Assembly (NCBI GenBank): GCA_044225365.1 | Contig: JBGAIQ010000003.1 | Span: 128,001-192,000 of the forward strand | Length of the DNA stretch: 64,000 nt | Direction of reading: 5' to 3' | From: Planctomycetota bacterium | GTDB taxonomy: Bacteria > Planctomycetota > B15-G4 > JADJEK01 | In this document: piece by piece, positions 1 through 9,100 of the stretch | Layout of the letters: each line of letters opens with the position of its first letter | Numbering within the stretch: position 1 is the stretch's first letter | Made by a program: the position numbers and the translations under genes | Notes under the pieces: model-generated | What the model saw: the letters and a program-made list of their open reading frames with translations, nothing else | What the model was told of the DNA's origin: nothing | Databases searched by the model: none

Positions 1-1887
1 GCGGATGCCGCCGCAGTGCGTCGATTCCGCCGTGAGGCCGCCGCGATCGCGCGCTTGAATCATCCGAACGTCCTCCAACTGATGCAGGCCGCCCGCGACG
101 ACGACGGGGACTACCTCGTCCTCGAATGGGCGCCGAACGGCTCGCTCGCCGATGTGCTGAAGCGCGACGGCAAGCTGCCGTTCGAGTCCGTGCTCGACGT
201 CGCGCGGAAGATCGGATCCGCGCTGTCCTACGCGCATGGCAAAGGCTGCATCCATCGCGACGTGAAGCCGCACAACATCCTGCTCTCCGAGTCGAACGAG
301 CCCAAGCTCGCGGACTTCGGCCTCGCGCGCGCGATCGAGGAGAACTCGCTCACCACGTCGACGGCGGGCGGCGGGTCGCCCGTCTACATGCCGCCCGAGC
401 AGTGGCAGGACTCGCACAAGGCCGACGCGCGCAGCGATGTCTACGCCTTCGCGAAGACGCTCTATCACCTGATGACGGGCGAGAAGCCGGCGACGATCGA
501 CAAGCAGCGCCTGACGCCACAGCTCGTCACCGTCTTCAAGAAGGCGACGGAGCAAGACGCCGACGATCGGTACGCATCGATCCAAGAGTTCCTCGTCGCG
601 TTCGGGAGCGCGTGCGGCGCGGAAAGGACCGAAGCTCGAAGCTCATCGACCGCTCCGGCTGGTTCGCGCTCTGGGACTTTCATCCTCGTCGGAATCGCGC
701 TCCTCCTCGTGCTCGGCGGAGCGGGATACGCGCTGCGCGATCAGCCGTTCATGAAACCGATCCGCGATCGTGTGGTCGGGAAGAACGAGTCGGATTCCGT
801 CGGAGCGGTGCCGCAGTCAGGGGAGAAGTCGAAGCCGGAGGAATCGCAGGGGCGACGCAAGCGACCGCTCTCGGATTTCATGGATCGACGACTGCAGGAT
901 CTGTCGGACGTCAATGCTGCCCTCGAGGTCCTGCCGGCGTATCACGGCCTCGTCCTCGCGCCGCAGAAGGGTCTCACGCCGTTGCGGATCGATCCCGTGT
1001 CGCAGCTCGTCGAGTTCGTTCACGACGCTTCGGGCGTCGCCCCCGAATTCCTCGGCGGTGGTCGGTACGCCGTCACCGACAAGACAGGGGTCGTGCTCGT
1101 GCTGATCCCCGGCGGAACTGCGACGCTCGGCGCCCAGCACACCGATTCGAAGGGCAGAGAATCGCTCGACTACGATCCGTTCGCGCAAGAAGACGAAGCA
1201 CCGGTCCTTCGCATCGAGCTCGCTCCGTACTTCCTCGGGAAGTACGAGATCAGTCAGGCGCAATGGCTCAGGCTCGCCGGATCGAATCCGAGCCTCGCGG
1301 CTCCGAAGCCCGGCTCGAAGGGGAGCGATGGGTCGTTCACCCTTGCGAACCCGGTCGAGCGCGTGAGCTGGAACTCGGCGCACGAGACGCTTCAGCGATG
1401 CCAGCTCACGCTACCCACGGAAGCGCAATGGGAGTTCGCGTGCCGCGCGGGAACGAACACCTCGTGGTTCTCCGGAGCGGCTGCGGATTCGCTCGAGCGC
1501 TACGCCAACCTCGCGGATCAGCGCACGCGCGATCTCAATCCCGATCTCTTGAAGCACCTCGCGCCCGGCGATTACGCCCCGTTCGCGGACGCCCACGCGA
1601 ACACGGCCCCGATCCACGAGTACGCGGCGAATCCGTTCGGTCTCGTCTCCATGTGCGGGAACGTCGCCGAGTGGTGCCTCGATGGATTTGGACCCTACAC
1701 CGATCCGCCGCGTGCCGACGATGGCGCGCGGCATCCGGAGACGACGTTCGCGGGCAAGCGTGTCGTCCGCGGCGGTAGCTATGCGTTCGGTCCGAAGGAC
1801 GCGCGCTCGGCGGCGCGCTCCGAAGCGGCCCCGACGATCGAGCAGCCCTTCATTGGCGTTCGAGCCGCGCGCCCGGTGGATCGTTGA
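1..1887 (+). CDS. Ser/Thr protein kinase + TM helix + FGE-sulfatase (SUMF1/C-type lectin fold) domain; 5' truncated by window edge
   Basis: Frame open from base 1. HRDVKPHN, DFG and YMPPE kinase motifs; hydrophobic segment FILVGIALLLVLGGAGYAL; FGE motifs LPTEAQWEFACRAG, NPFGL..MCGNVAEWC, RVVRGGS. Confidence 0.9.
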   Translation, partial: ADAAAVRRFRREAAAIARLNHPNVLQLMQAARDDDGDYLVLEWAPNGSLADVLKRDGKLPFESVLDVARKIGSALSYAHGKGCIHRDVKPHNILLSESNEPKLADFGLARAIEENSLTTSTAGGGSPVYMPPEQWQDSHKADARSDVYAFAKTLYHLMTGEKPATIDKQRLTPQLVTVFKKATEQDADDRYASIQEFLVAFGSACGAERTEARSSSTAPAGSRSGTFILVGIALLLVLGGAGYALRDQPFMKPIRDRVVGKNESDSVGAVPQSGEKSKPEESQGRRKRPLSDFMDRRLQDLSDVNAALEVLPAYHGLVLAPQKGLTPLRIDPVSQLVEFVHDASGVAPEFLGGGRYAVTDKTGVVLVLIPGGTATLGAQHTDSKGRESLDYDPFAQEDEAPVLRIELAPYFLGKYEISQAQWLRLAGSNPSLAAPKPGSKGSDGSFTLANPVERVSWNSAHETLQRCQLTLPTEAQWEFACRAGTNTSWFSGAAADSLERYANLADQRTRDLNPDLLKHLAPGDYAPFADAHANTAPIHEYAANPFGLVSMCGNVAEWCLDGFGPYTDPPRADDGARHPETTFAGKRVVRGGSYAFGPKDARSAARSEAAPTIEQPFIGVRAARPVDR

Positions 1888-1903
1888 ACGAGCCGTTGCC
1901 CGC

Positions 1904-2020
1904 TCACGTTCCGCCGAACAGCCAGTACAAGAGCGCGAACACGATGATGAAGCCGATCAGGCTCGACGTCAGCGCGCGGGCACCAAGCGCCGCGAAGATC
2001 GATTTGCCCAGGTTGTTCAT
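1904..2020 (-). CDS. 38-aa small membrane protein (not in ORF track)
   Basis: Manual translation MNNLGKSIFAALGARALTSSLIGFIIVFALLYWLFGGT*; GAGGA upstream; one TM helix; co-oriented directly downstream of the lipoprotein gene. Confidence 0.65.
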   Translation of the reverse strand: MNNLGKSIFAALGARALTSSLIGFIIVFALLYWLFGGT

Positions 2021-2055
2021 GGGTATGTCCGTCCTCTTGCGGTCCTCGCCGCTTC

Positions 2056-2448
2056 TCAGTGCTTCGCACGAACCGTGAGGCGAATCGTGTCGCTCACGTC
2101 GATGCCCTTGGCCTTGGCGCTCACCACGACCCGCTGATCGTCCACCGGCGGCGCCCCTGCGCTCGCGACCAGCGTGTAGGTTCGAAAGTTCTCGGTGCTC
2201 GGGATCTCTCCGGGATTCGCGACAGTCACGCCGTCGGGGAGATTCGAGAACGTGATGTCGACCGCTCCGTTGAAGTCGGACCGCGCGACCGTGACGAGTA
2301 CGGGATCCGTCTCACCCGGCGCGATCACCTGATCGGCCTTCAGTACGAGCGTGAGCTTGCGACCGAGTGCATCCGCCTCGGTCTTCTTCTCGCACGCTGC
2401 GAACGAAACGAGGGCTGCGAGACAGAACGCTGAAGTGATCTTGAACAT
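2056..2448 (-). CDS. Lipoprotein, probable Ig-like beta-sandwich
   Basis: ATG 2448 with AGGA upstream; signal peptide ending FAAC (lipobox-like); similar to 5550-5951. Confidence 0.75.
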   Translation of the reverse strand: MFKITSAFCLAALVSFAACEKKTEADALGRKLTLVLKADQVIAPGETDPVLVTVARSDFNGAVDITFSNLPDGVTVANPGEIPSTENFRTYTLVASAGAPPVDDQRVVVSAKAKGIDVSDTIRLTVRAKH

Positions 2449-2486
2449 CTTTCGATTCCTCGAGAATGAAGGGGGATGGACCGCGG

Positions 2487-2852
2487 TCATGCCCAATACG
2501 GCTTCGACGCGTAGTAGGCGTACGTCTCGACGTGGAAGCGAGGGTCGGCGAAGTTCGGCCACTGTTCCTTGTCGAATCCGGGCGCGTGCTCGAGACGCTC
2601 CTTGTCCATGTCGAGCACGAAGAAGTTCTCGACAGCGTCGTAGTCGAGGGCTGCCCAGGGAACTGCGAAGAGCTTGTCACCGAGTCCGAGGAATCCGCCG
2701 AAGGACAGCACTGCGTAGGCGACTCGCCCGTCGACGAGATCGATCATCAGTTCGGTGATCTCTCCGAGGTCCTCCCCGGATCGGTTCTTCACTTCGGTTC
2801 CACGCAGATTCGTGGCCGCAAGGCACCGCGGGATCGCATGCGTCGTCGTCAT
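2487..2852 (-). CDS. PRC-barrel domain protein
   Basis: GTEVKNRSGEDLGEITELMID..GRVAYAVLSFGGFLGLGDKLFAVPW..APGFDKEQWP signature; AGGAG upstream. Confidence 0.92.
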   Translation of the reverse strand: MTTTHAIPRCLAATNLRGTEVKNRSGEDLGEITELMIDLVDGRVAYAVLSFGGFLGLGDKLFAVPWAALDYDAVENFFVLDMDKERLEHAPGFDKEQWPNFADPRFHVETYAYYASKPYWA

Positions 2853-3008
2853 GGGAGAAGGCTCCTACCTGTGAGGCGGTCGTTTCGATTCCCCTGCGAC
2901 GTGACTCACCGCAGGGACCGGCGATTCGAAGAGAGAGAACGGCGCGCCTCCTACTTGCCCCACCGACGAATGAAGAGACGCGTCGTTCTCTCGAGTCCGC
3001 CTACCCAC

Positions 3009-3024
3009 CGCAAGCGTTGGACCA
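3009..3024 (-). promoter_or_regulatory. Putative sigma54 -24/-12 promoter for the PRC-barrel operon
   Basis: Minus strand TGGTCCAACGCTTGCG = GG-N10-GC with TTGC. Confidence 0.5.
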
Positions 3025-3131
3025 CGTCTTCGACGGCGCGATCGATCCACCCGAGTCCGCGATTGGACTCGACTTGGACCGCTTCGAACGACCGACCCCA
3101 GTTCTCCCATCCCGATCCGGCGTCGACGGTA

Positions 3132-3147
3132 GTTCCTACAAAAGTCG
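3132..3147. promoter_or_regulatory. Candidate upstream activator sequence (copy 1)
   Basis: Reverse complement CGACTTTTGTAGGAAC matches CGAAGTTTGTAGAAAC at 13/16 positions; overlaps the GTAG-ttc-CTAC palindrome at 3129-3139. Confidence 0.5.
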
Positions 3148-3189
3148 CCCCGTGAGTCCGCTCAACCCGCTGGAACGCAGCTCTTCGCA

Positions 3190-3205
3190 GGGCTCGACAT
3201 TTGCA
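3190..3205 (+). promoter_or_regulatory. Putative sigma54 promoter for the AI-2E gene
   Basis: GGGCTCGACATTTGCA = GG-CTCG-N4-TTGCA. Confidence 0.6.
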
Positions 3206-3249
3206 CGTGTCCCGATGGATCGTCAAAGTTCTCGAGAAGGCAGGTCGCC

Positions 3250-5142
3250 ATGTTTCCAATGTCTGCAGGACTGAGGGCACTGTTCGCGCTCGCGGGAATC
3301 GTCCTGCTCGTCGCAGCGCTCTACTTCGCGCGCTCGGTCCTCGTTCCTGTTGCGCTCGCGCTCCTGCTCACCTTCCTCATGAGTCCGCTCGTCGACCGCC
3401 TGCAGCGCCTGCGACTCGGTCACACGTTGCCCGTCGTGATCGTCCTCCTGGCATCACTCGGTGCCGTGAGCGGGATCGGCTGGCTCGTCATGCGGCAGGT
3501 CGCCGTCATCGCGGAACATGCACCGGAGCAGAAACAGAAGATCCTCGCGAAGATCGAGCAGCTCCGCGCAGGCAGCCAGGGTTCCTTCATTGGCCGGATC
3601 CTCCACGAAGTCGAGGATCTCAAGACCGAGGTCGCCGCCGGGAAGGCGAGCGACGGATCTCACGGCTCTACGGATGCGGCCCCGGTCGCGGTCAAGCTCG
3701 AGAGTCACTCCCTCCTCGATGCGACACCCGTCTTGCTCGAAGTGCTTGCGCATGCGGGCTTCGTCGTGCTCCTCGCATCCTTCATGCTGCTGAATCGCCG
3801 CGAGCTGCGCGACCGGCTCATTCGACTCCTCGGCGCTCGTGATCTGCCACGGATGACGAAGGCACTCGACGAGACCGCCGATCGAATCAGCCAATACCTC
3901 GGTGCTCAGTGCATCATGAACGGGTTGAACGGACTCGTGGTCGGCATCGGTCTCGCGATCATGGGAATTCCGTACGCCATCCTGTTCGGGTTCGCCACCG
4001 CACTCCTGCGCTTCGTCCCCTATCTCGGCATATGGATCGCCGCCGCCTTGGCCGTTCTGACGAGCGTGGCGACCTTCGAGGGCTGGCGCGAACCCATGCT
4101 CGTGATGGCGCTCTTCGCCGGCACCGACATCGCGACCTACACGTTGATCGAGCCATTCGTGTACTCGCGAAAGCTCGGGATCTCGGCGGTCGCGTTGCTC
4201 ATCGCGGTGGCTGCGTGGACCGCGATCTGGGGGCCCGTCGGACTGCTCCTCGCGGCGCCGCTCACGGTATGCCTCGCGGTCGCGGCGCGACACGTTCCGC
4301 AACTCGAGCTCATCGACATCCTCATTGGAGCCGAACCGGTGATGAGCCCCGCGACGCGCTTCTACCAACGCCTGCTCGCTCGCGATCCCGACGAGGCGAT
4401 GCAGATCGTCGAAGAGTATCTCTCCAAGGCCGAGAATCCGGCGGACGTCCACGACGCGATCGTATGCCCCTCGCTCAACTACATTCGCCGCGACCGCCTT
4501 CGCACGGACATCCACGACGACGACGTCGCCTACATCCTCAGCAGCATCGACCGCGTGCTCGAACTGCTCGATCTGCGCCTCGCCGCGCGGACGGAGGAGA
4601 ACAAGACTGCTCCCGTCGCCCCTTCGGCTCCGACGCAGATCGGGGACGACCCATGCGTCCTCGCCTATCCCGCGGGCGATGCCATCGATTCGATGGCGCT
4701 CGGCATGCTCCAGCACCTGATGCCGGGCACGAAACTCGAACTCGTCTCCGACCACGTCTTGCTCTCCGAGCTGATCACGAAGATCGAGACGACGAACGCG
4801 CCTCTCATCGTCATCGCGTCGTGCCCGCCCGGAGGTCTCACGCAATGTCGCTACGTCGTCAAGCGGCTACGGGCTCGCTTTCCCTCGATTCGCATCGTGC
4901 TCGGGCGATTCGGCGGAGCCGAGGAGGCGACGCCCGCCGAGGCGGTCCTGCGCGAGGAGGGCGCCGATGTCATCGCGACGACTCTGATCGATGGCCGTCA
5001 GAAGATCTTCGACTTCATCGGCCTCTCGCCCGCTCCGCCCACTCCCAAGAAGGAGCCGGGACGACTCGACTCGACCCCCGAGTCGGAAAACGCTGCCGCG
5101 GTGCGGGAGCCCTCGTCGGGCTTCCTAGGCGCCGCTTTGTAG
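3250..5142 (+). CDS. AI-2E (PerM/UPF0118) family transporter with C-terminal cytoplasmic extension
   Basis: Multiple TM helices, LLRFVPYLG, WGPVGLLLAAPLTVCL; C-terminal RFYQRLLARD helical region plus a Rossmann-like alpha/beta segment. Confidence 0.9.
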   Translation: MFPMSAGLRALFALAGIVLLVAALYFARSVLVPVALALLLTFLMSPLVDRLQRLRLGHTLPVVIVLLASLGAVSGIGWLVMRQVAVIAEHAPEQKQKILAKIEQLRAGSQGSFIGRILHEVEDLKTEVAAGKASDGSHGSTDAAPVAVKLESHSLLDATPVLLEVLAHAGFVVLLASFMLLNRRELRDRLIRLLGARDLPRMTKALDETADRISQYLGAQCIMNGLNGLVVGIGLAIMGIPYAILFGFATALLRFVPYLGIWIAAALAVLTSVATFEGWREPMLVMALFAGTDIATYTLIEPFVYSRKLGISAVALLIAVAAWTAIWGPVGLLLAAPLTVCLAVAARHVPQLELIDILIGAEPVMSPATRFYQRLLARDPDEAMQIVEEYLSKAENPADVHDAIVCPSLNYIRRDRLRTDIHDDDVAYILSSIDRVLELLDLRLAARTEENKTAPVAPSAPTQIGDDPCVLAYPAGDAIDSMALGMLQHLMPGTKLELVSDHVLLSELITKIETTNAPLIVIASCPPGGLTQCRYVVKRLRARFPSIRIVLGRFGGAEEATPAEAVLREEGADVIATTLIDGRQKIFDFIGLSPAPPTPKKEPGRLDSTPESENAAAVREPSSGFLGAAL

Positions 5143-5155
5143 AAAAGGAGATGCC

Positions 5156-5401
5156 ATGAGCACCGAACGCCAGGACACGAACGCTCCGCCCGAATCGCCT
5201 GGCCCGCCGACGCGGCCGTTGGAGCATCCTGCCGACCCGAAGCCGTTCGAGACACCATTGCTCCCCCCGCGCGAGCCTCCGCGGGAACCAGCATCGCCCC
5301 GGCCTCCCCGCGAACCCGTCGGTCCCCCGCCGCAACCCAGCGGGCTGCCCGTCGACGATCCCGCGGCGCCGGTCGGGAGAATGCGCAGCGCGACCTGCTG
5401 A
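5156..5401 (+). CDS. Proline-rich small protein
   Basis: AGGAG 5 nt before ATG, directly after the AI-2E stop; PPREP repeats. Confidence 0.55.
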   Translation: MSTERQDTNAPPESPGPPTRPLEHPADPKPFETPLLPPREPPREPASPRPPREPVGPPPQPSGLPVDDPAAPVGRMRSATC

Positions 5402-5427
5402 CTCCAGCTCCCCGCGATTCGTGGGCG

Positions 5428-5443
5428 CGGCACGGTCGGTGCG
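5428..5443 (+). promoter_or_regulatory. Putative sigma54 promoter for the lipoprotein gene
   Basis: CGGCACGGTCGGTGCG = GGCACG-N4-GTGC. Confidence 0.5.
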
Positions 5444-5549
5444 AATGGGCTCGATGCTCGGCGTCTCGTTCGCCGAGCCCATTACCCGACGCACGCGATG
5501 GACTCGTCGTCCATCGCGCAGCGAACCACGAACGAAAGCGAGTTGGATC

Positions 5550-5951
5550 ATGTTCGGCAAACTCCCCTGGATCGCGACGATCGCTCTGGCGCTGGGTGCG
5601 TCGAGCTGTGAATCCACGAAGGCCGTGAACGAAGCGGGGCAGCGCTTGACGGTCTATCGCCCCGGAAACGAGTCGATCACTCAAGGCGACAAGGGCGAGG
5701 TCGATGTCCGGGTGAGCCGCGATCAGTTCGATGCACCCCTAAGAGTCGAGGTCGACGATTTGCCCGAGGGCGTTAGGCTCCTCAACGAGAATTTGACGAT
5801 CGAACGGCACGAGAACAAGCTCACCCTCTCCCTCGTCGCCGATCCGGACGCTCCGGTCGTCGTCGATCACATCGTCCATGTGAACGTCACCGGGCCCGAT
5901 GGGCTCGCGGCCGCAGAGAGCTTTCGAATCTCGGTGAACTCATCCCATTGA
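5550..5951 (+). CDS. Lipoprotein, Ig-like; paralog of 2056-2448
   Basis: MFGKLPWIATIALALGASSC signal/lipobox; shared R..F...V...LPxGV and LVA...AP motifs. Confidence 0.75.
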   Translation: MFGKLPWIATIALALGASSCESTKAVNEAGQRLTVYRPGNESITQGDKGEVDVRVSRDQFDAPLRVEVDDLPEGVRLLNENLTIERHENKLTLSLVADPDAPVVVDHIVHVNVTGPDGLAAAESFRISVNSSH

Positions 5952-6006
5952 TTCGGCATCGGCACGCGACTCGATCGATGCAGTGAATCCTTCGATCGCT
6001 CGGCGG

Positions 6007-6042
6007 CCCTAGATGACCGTTATCGTGAACGGTCATCTAGGG
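6007..6042. repeat. Perfect 15-bp inverted repeat (hairpin; possible terminator)
   Basis: CCCTAGATGACCGTT-atcgtg-AACGGTCATCTAGGG; no U-tract on either strand. Confidence 0.75.
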
Positions 6043-6172
6043 GCGGCCGCTTCGCATTCGGTAACTTCGAGATCGAGGCTCGCTCTTGTCGCTCACTGAG
6101 GGATTCGCGTAGCGTGGTCTTCGTTCACGATGCTCGAGCGTCGTAGGAACGACGAAGCCAGGGATCCCACTC

Positions 6173-9100
6173 ATGCCGAATGCACTCCGTGAGTTATCCA
6201 TTGATCTGACCGATGCTCAGGGCTTCGGCAGACGCTTGCGATTCTGGATCGCTCTCTTGCTCGCGTTGTTCTTCGTGAATGGCGCGCTGACGTTCTTCAA
6301 CAACCGCAACGCGGTCGTCGACGCGAACAACGTCTCTCACACGTACACGGTGCTCAACGAGATCGACGCGCTCTGGGAAACGCTTCTGACCGCCGAATCC
6401 AGTCAACGCGGATATCTGATCACGCTCGACGAAGCGTTCCTCTCCCCGCTCGACTCGGCGGAAAGCAACTGCAAGGCGCGACTCGACGAACTCACACGCA
6501 TCACCGGCGACAACCCGATCCAACGAGACAGGATCCCGAAACTCCGCGAGAGCGTGCTCGAGCGGGTCCGTGAACTGAAGTACGTGAAAGACCTGCGCGT
6601 CGCGTCGGGAACCGAATCCGTCACCGCGCGGCTTCCCGTCGGGCGCGCGCTCATGAGCGAGATCGACTCCATCACGACTGCAATGCGAGCCGAAGAAGCT
6701 CGGTTGCTCGGCATCCGAGTCGCGAGTTCGAATCACACCTACGAGATCGGATCGCTCAGCGCCATCTTGGAGGCGATCGTCGGCGTCGTCGTCCTCTTCC
6801 TCTTCAGCCGACTGCTCCGTCGCCATCTCCACGCGCGCGTCAAGGCGACGGAGCTGCTCTTCGTCGAACGCGAGCGATTCCAAACGACGCTCTCGAGCAT
6901 CGGCGACGGCGTGATCACGACGGACATCGCGGGAAGAGTTCAATTCCTCAACGCCGTGGCGAGCGAGTTGACGGGTCACTCAACCGAGTCCGCGCGCGGA
7001 AAGGGCCTCGAGGAGGTCTTCGTGATCGTGAACGAGGACACGCGAAAGCCGGTCGACAATCCTGCGATGCGAGCCTTGCGGGAGGGTTGTGTCGTTGGTC
7101 TCGCCAATCACACCGTGCTCATCGCCAAGGATGGAACCGAACGGGCGATCGACGACAGTGCGGCACCGATTCGCAAGGAGGATGGCAGCATCAGCGGGGC
7201 CGTCCTCGTTTTCCGAGACGTCTCGACTCGCCGCGCGGAAGAACGGGCGCAAACCGAGAGTTCCCGGGTCATGCAGCTTCGAATCGCAATCGGGGATCTG
7301 CTCACGAGCGATCTCGAACTCGACGCCGGGCTCATCGGCTGCACCGACGCCTTCGTACGACTCGTCGGCGCGGAGTTCGCCCGGATCTGGCTCATCGACG
7401 AACAGGGGACGCGCCTTCAACTGAGAGCGACGAGCGGCGGCGATGTCGCCCTCAGCGGAGAGGACAAGATCATCCAGATCGGAAAGTCGCGATTCGGTGA
7501 GATCGCCGCAACCCGAACTCCGTATTGGACGAACGACGTCGCCGCGGAAGCCGAGTTCGCGAACCGCGAGTGGAGCAGCGGTGATCTGGTCCAATCGATC
7601 GCCGGATACCCTCTCGTGATCGAGGATCGCCTCCTCGGCGTCCTCGGAGTCTTCTCGAACCGTCCGATCTCGCAGGTCCTGTTCGATGAACTCGAGCTGA
7701 TCGCGGACGTCATCGCTCAGTTCATCGAGCGCAAGCGGGTCGACGAGAACCGCCTACGGCTGGCCGCCCTCATCGAGAACAGCAGCGATGCGATCAACAT
7801 CTTCGATGAGCATGGGAAGTTGATGTTCGTCAATCGCGCGGCGAGTCGACTGTTCGCTCGCAAAGCGGAAGAGTCCGAGAAGGCCTCGATGCCCGCCGGG
7901 ATACGAGATCTCCTGCTGGAGGAGGATCATCCACGATTCGATTCCGAACTGCTTCCGGCCGTGCTTCGTGACGGTCACAGCCAGTTCGAAATGCGGATGC
8001 GCTTGGCACCGAGCTGCGGCGAAGGCAAGGGGGCCGATGTGGGTTCGATGGGATCGGATCCCGCCGCGCCGAAGGAAGCCGCTCCCGCTCACGTGTGGAT
8101 GAACTGCCACGCCTTCGCCGTGCTCGACTCGAAGGGTCGACGCACGGGGATCGGGATGGTTTGTCGTGACGTCACGCAACGACGAACGACCGAACAGTTC
8201 CTGACGGAGAGCCAGGAGCAGTACCGATTGCTCGCAGCGCAGTTCCATGCGGCGAACCTGAAGCTGCAGGAGGAGATGGCGGAGCGCGCGCTTGCCAACG
8301 AAGCGCTGGAGCGGCGCTCTTCTCAGTTGCAGTCGATCACGGAGATCGCAACGCGCCTCAACGTCGTTCACGACATTCCCTCGGTCATGAACATGATCAC
8401 GGAAGGCGCGCGCAGGATCGTCGCTACCCGCGCTGGAATCAGCATCGTTTCACGAGGCGATCGCACCGACGATCGCCTGGTGGTCGCCTCGTTCTCCGAA
8501 GACCTCGCGTCCTACCGCGGCCGTGGCGAGGACTTCGTGAATCGGAGGATCCACGAAGCAGTGTATGCAACCAAGCGCGTGATCCGCGTTTCCAGGGACG
8601 AGATCGCGAACGAATCGCGGTGGCAGACCGGATCCGATGCTCCGGATCGCAATGTACCGCTCGCCGACGTCATTGCGGCGCCGATCGTGGGCTACGACGG
8701 AACCGTCCTTGGAGCCCTTCACCTCATCGACAAGACCACGGGGCCATTCACGTCGGAGGACGAGGCGATCGTCGTCCAACTCGCGCTCATGGGCTCCGTG
8801 GCGATCGAGAACGCTCGCTTGTACGCCGAGCTCGTCGATGCCGACCGCAGGAAGGACGAGTTCCTCGCGACACTCGCCCACGAGTTGCGCAATCCGCTCG
8901 CACCGATCCGCAATGGCCTGCAGATCCTGAGTATCACGAAGAACGACACCGACGCCCAGATCACGGTTCGTCAGATGATGGAGCGGCAGGTCAGCATGAT
9001 GGTGCGACTCGTCGACGATCTGCTCGACGTCAGTCGGATCACCCGCGGGAAGATCCATCTCCAGGTCGAACGGCTCGATCTCGCGCGAGCCATCCGCGAC

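Noticed and set aside
1760-1887. DGR variable/template repeat pair between the two FGE 3' ends (vs 62507-62647)
   Set aside because: Differences are not adenine-specific and include indels; no reverse transcriptase in the window
2865-3280. Small ORFs in the PRC/AI-2E intergenic region
   Set aside because: No SD or recognisable motif; region is better explained as a divergent promoter/enhancer region
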